A DNA stretch of 64,000 nucleotides from Eledone cirrhosa. Its lineage: Eukaryota. Positions 61,723 through 64,000 of this stretch are shown here, piece after piece. The notes beneath the pieces are model-generated. The model saw nothing but the letters and a program-made list of their open reading frames with translations, ran no database searches and was not told the DNA's origin. The position numbers and the translations under genes were made by a program. Positions within the stretch are counted from its first letter, which is position 1. Every line of letters begins with the position of its first letter. The stretch lies in assembly GCA_964016885.1 (NCBI GenBank), contig CAXHJY010000394.1:1-64000 (forward strand), in the 5' to 3' direction.

Positions 61723-63339
61723 ATGCATATATACATACACATATTCATAATTTGGAGCCCCGACGACAAACAATAGCGGACCAAGGGGAATTTGCGCAAC
61801 TTTCAAGGTTTGGGGAGAAGTTTTTTTCAAGATTTTCCAAATATAATGTACTGCATAACTCTCTATTCTATTCAACGTATTAATAGTCAGAAATATTATT
61901 TATCAAATAAGAGATATCTTTACATATGTCCCAAAGCTGTTAAATGTCGAAGATTTTCGTCGTGTGTGACAGGAAACAACTAGCTTATTCATAAAACTAA
62001 CCGCTAACCCAATGTACTGTGAAATATTCAACAATGTTAATTGTATAGCTACTTCACTTTATAAAAGCCTAAATAATACATTAGATGAAATAGAGATAAC
62101 CTCCATGTGTGCATTAAACAGTTGCATTAGTTTTAAATTTAAGAAAACATTCTCTTTTAAGAGCATACATTCTAAATATAAAATAAAGTAATCTTTAAGA
62201 TAATCATAAAACATTAAAATACCATGCATGAGATAAATTTTCTCCGTAAACATCAACACTTAAAGCATACTTGTTAAAAAAATATGTGAAATGTACAGAG
62301 AATATGAAAACTGTGCAGACTATTGTTTTCAGTGTAAGTGTAAATCTCCATATTAGTCCATCTTACTGATTCCACTGTCATCAAATTTTTCCGAAAGCTA
62401 TGTATGGATAAACTGGGAATGAAACATATTGTAATATAATATTTAAAGTATCGAGCAATGATCAGAATTATGTAGCACACATTGCAATATACCCTAATAC
62501 ACAATCCATAGCAATATATGAAAAGCAATTTGGAACATTCTCATTTTATAAAAATTTTACAAATCATCTCAGTCATTTAATAAATAAAGGAGTAGAATAA
62601 ACATTAACTCAAATTTGTTATTACAAGACTAGGAGAGGATCAAGTTAGATTGAAACGTAGATAAAATGGCCATTGGCAAACACGATTGTTATCCGTTAGA
62701 TTATTTAATACGAAACTATGTACTTCATGTAATATCCTATCAAATACTAAATTAGAAGTAGCAGAATATATCAAACAAATCACGGCATCTGTTTATTCTT
62801 GTAGTATATTTATAGGCTAATTGTTACGATTGAGATTAAACATTCGAAGGATCTCACACATACGCTCAAGGCATTTTCGTATTTCTCTATTCTTCACTAT
62901 AAAATCATAGCTTTACGCTTGCTTTTAAAAAGGTTATATTAAACACTTTTATTTATAATGAAGGATTATATTATGGGATTTTTCTTACGTTCAGTTTATA
63001 GAGTGATAAATAATAATACTTTTGATACACTTGAGAATAAGCAATTGAATGAAGGCAGTGGGTGGTCCTTAAGCCGTATATTTCGATAGTTTTTTTTTAT
63101 AATTTCAAAAATAAAACCTTCATTTAAAATGTGGGAAATGCTGCTTGCTTTGAATTTCATATGTATTCCTTACATTTAGTTTTAAAAAATTGACAACTTA
63201 ATGGTAAAGATAAGCTTTTTAAATATATAAATAGCAAATTTGTAACGAGATATTTAGTGGAAGCTCATTTATGTAATTCAGGCATGAATACACACACACA
63301 TATATATATGTACATATTTACACATACACACACAGAAAC

Positions 63340-63376
<37 letters not shown>

Positions 63377-63505
63377 CTTATACATGTGTGTGCATGTGTG
63401 TATTATACACATGTATGCTTATATATATATATGCGTGTATTTATGTATACATACAGACAGACAGACACACGTACATATACTTCTGTCTGAATGTACATTC
63501 TATAT

Positions 63506-63574
<69 letters not shown>

Positions 63575-63934
63575 GAAATTATAACTAATACAAAAATGCG
63601 TTGTCATCTGTGGTTGATATATTATTGTGGGCATCATACTAGCCAATAACAGTTTCTACGTTGTGTCTCTACTTGATAAATTTAATATCAAATCTCCAGG
63701 AAATTTCAGTTTCAAGGAATACAGAAATCATACTCAAAATAAAAATAGAATGGTAATAGCTGAAAGGCATTTATATCATAGTCCCGAAAATGGTTGACTT
63801 GGAGTTTAACAGCAAAAACTATACCACAGTAAATATAGTCATTGATATATTTCTAGGATGAAATTACGTAAAAATAACAAACAGTTTAATATGTAGTCAA
63901 ACATAGAAAAAGAAATATATATTTGTACGTACAC

Positions 63935-63979
<45 letters not shown>

Positions 63980-64000
63980 CGATATTAAACAAATGGAAAC

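Overview
Repeat-saturated, AT-rich eukaryotic DNA with no confidently identifiable host gene. The SINE families and huge (TA)n arrays suggest a coleoid cephalopod such as octopus (inference). Almost every predicted ORF is a microsatellite artefact (IYIY, CVCV, HTHT). Real content: kilobase interrupted (TA)n arrays; three decayed Penelope-like retroelements (PLEs) with GIY-YIG endonuclease; a 5'-truncated Tx1/L1-clade LINE plus fragments; CRE-type and R4/Dong-type RLE fragments; an RTE-derived non-autonomous element with a candidate HDV-like ribozyme; many tRNA-derived SINEs; a complete non-autonomous Helitron; MITEs and minisatellites. The main unannotated signal, read by eye, is about 20 type-I hammerhead ribozyme (HHR) motifs from roughly 10 different sequence families. 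They sit in PLE-type terminal repeats, mostly ORF-less, many arranged as fold-back hairpins and inserted in (TA)n. Four families carry the compensatory U3:A8 core (UUGAnAA) instead of C3:G8 (CUGAnGA), and several stems keep strand-specific G-U pairs. None of the folds was computed or tested.
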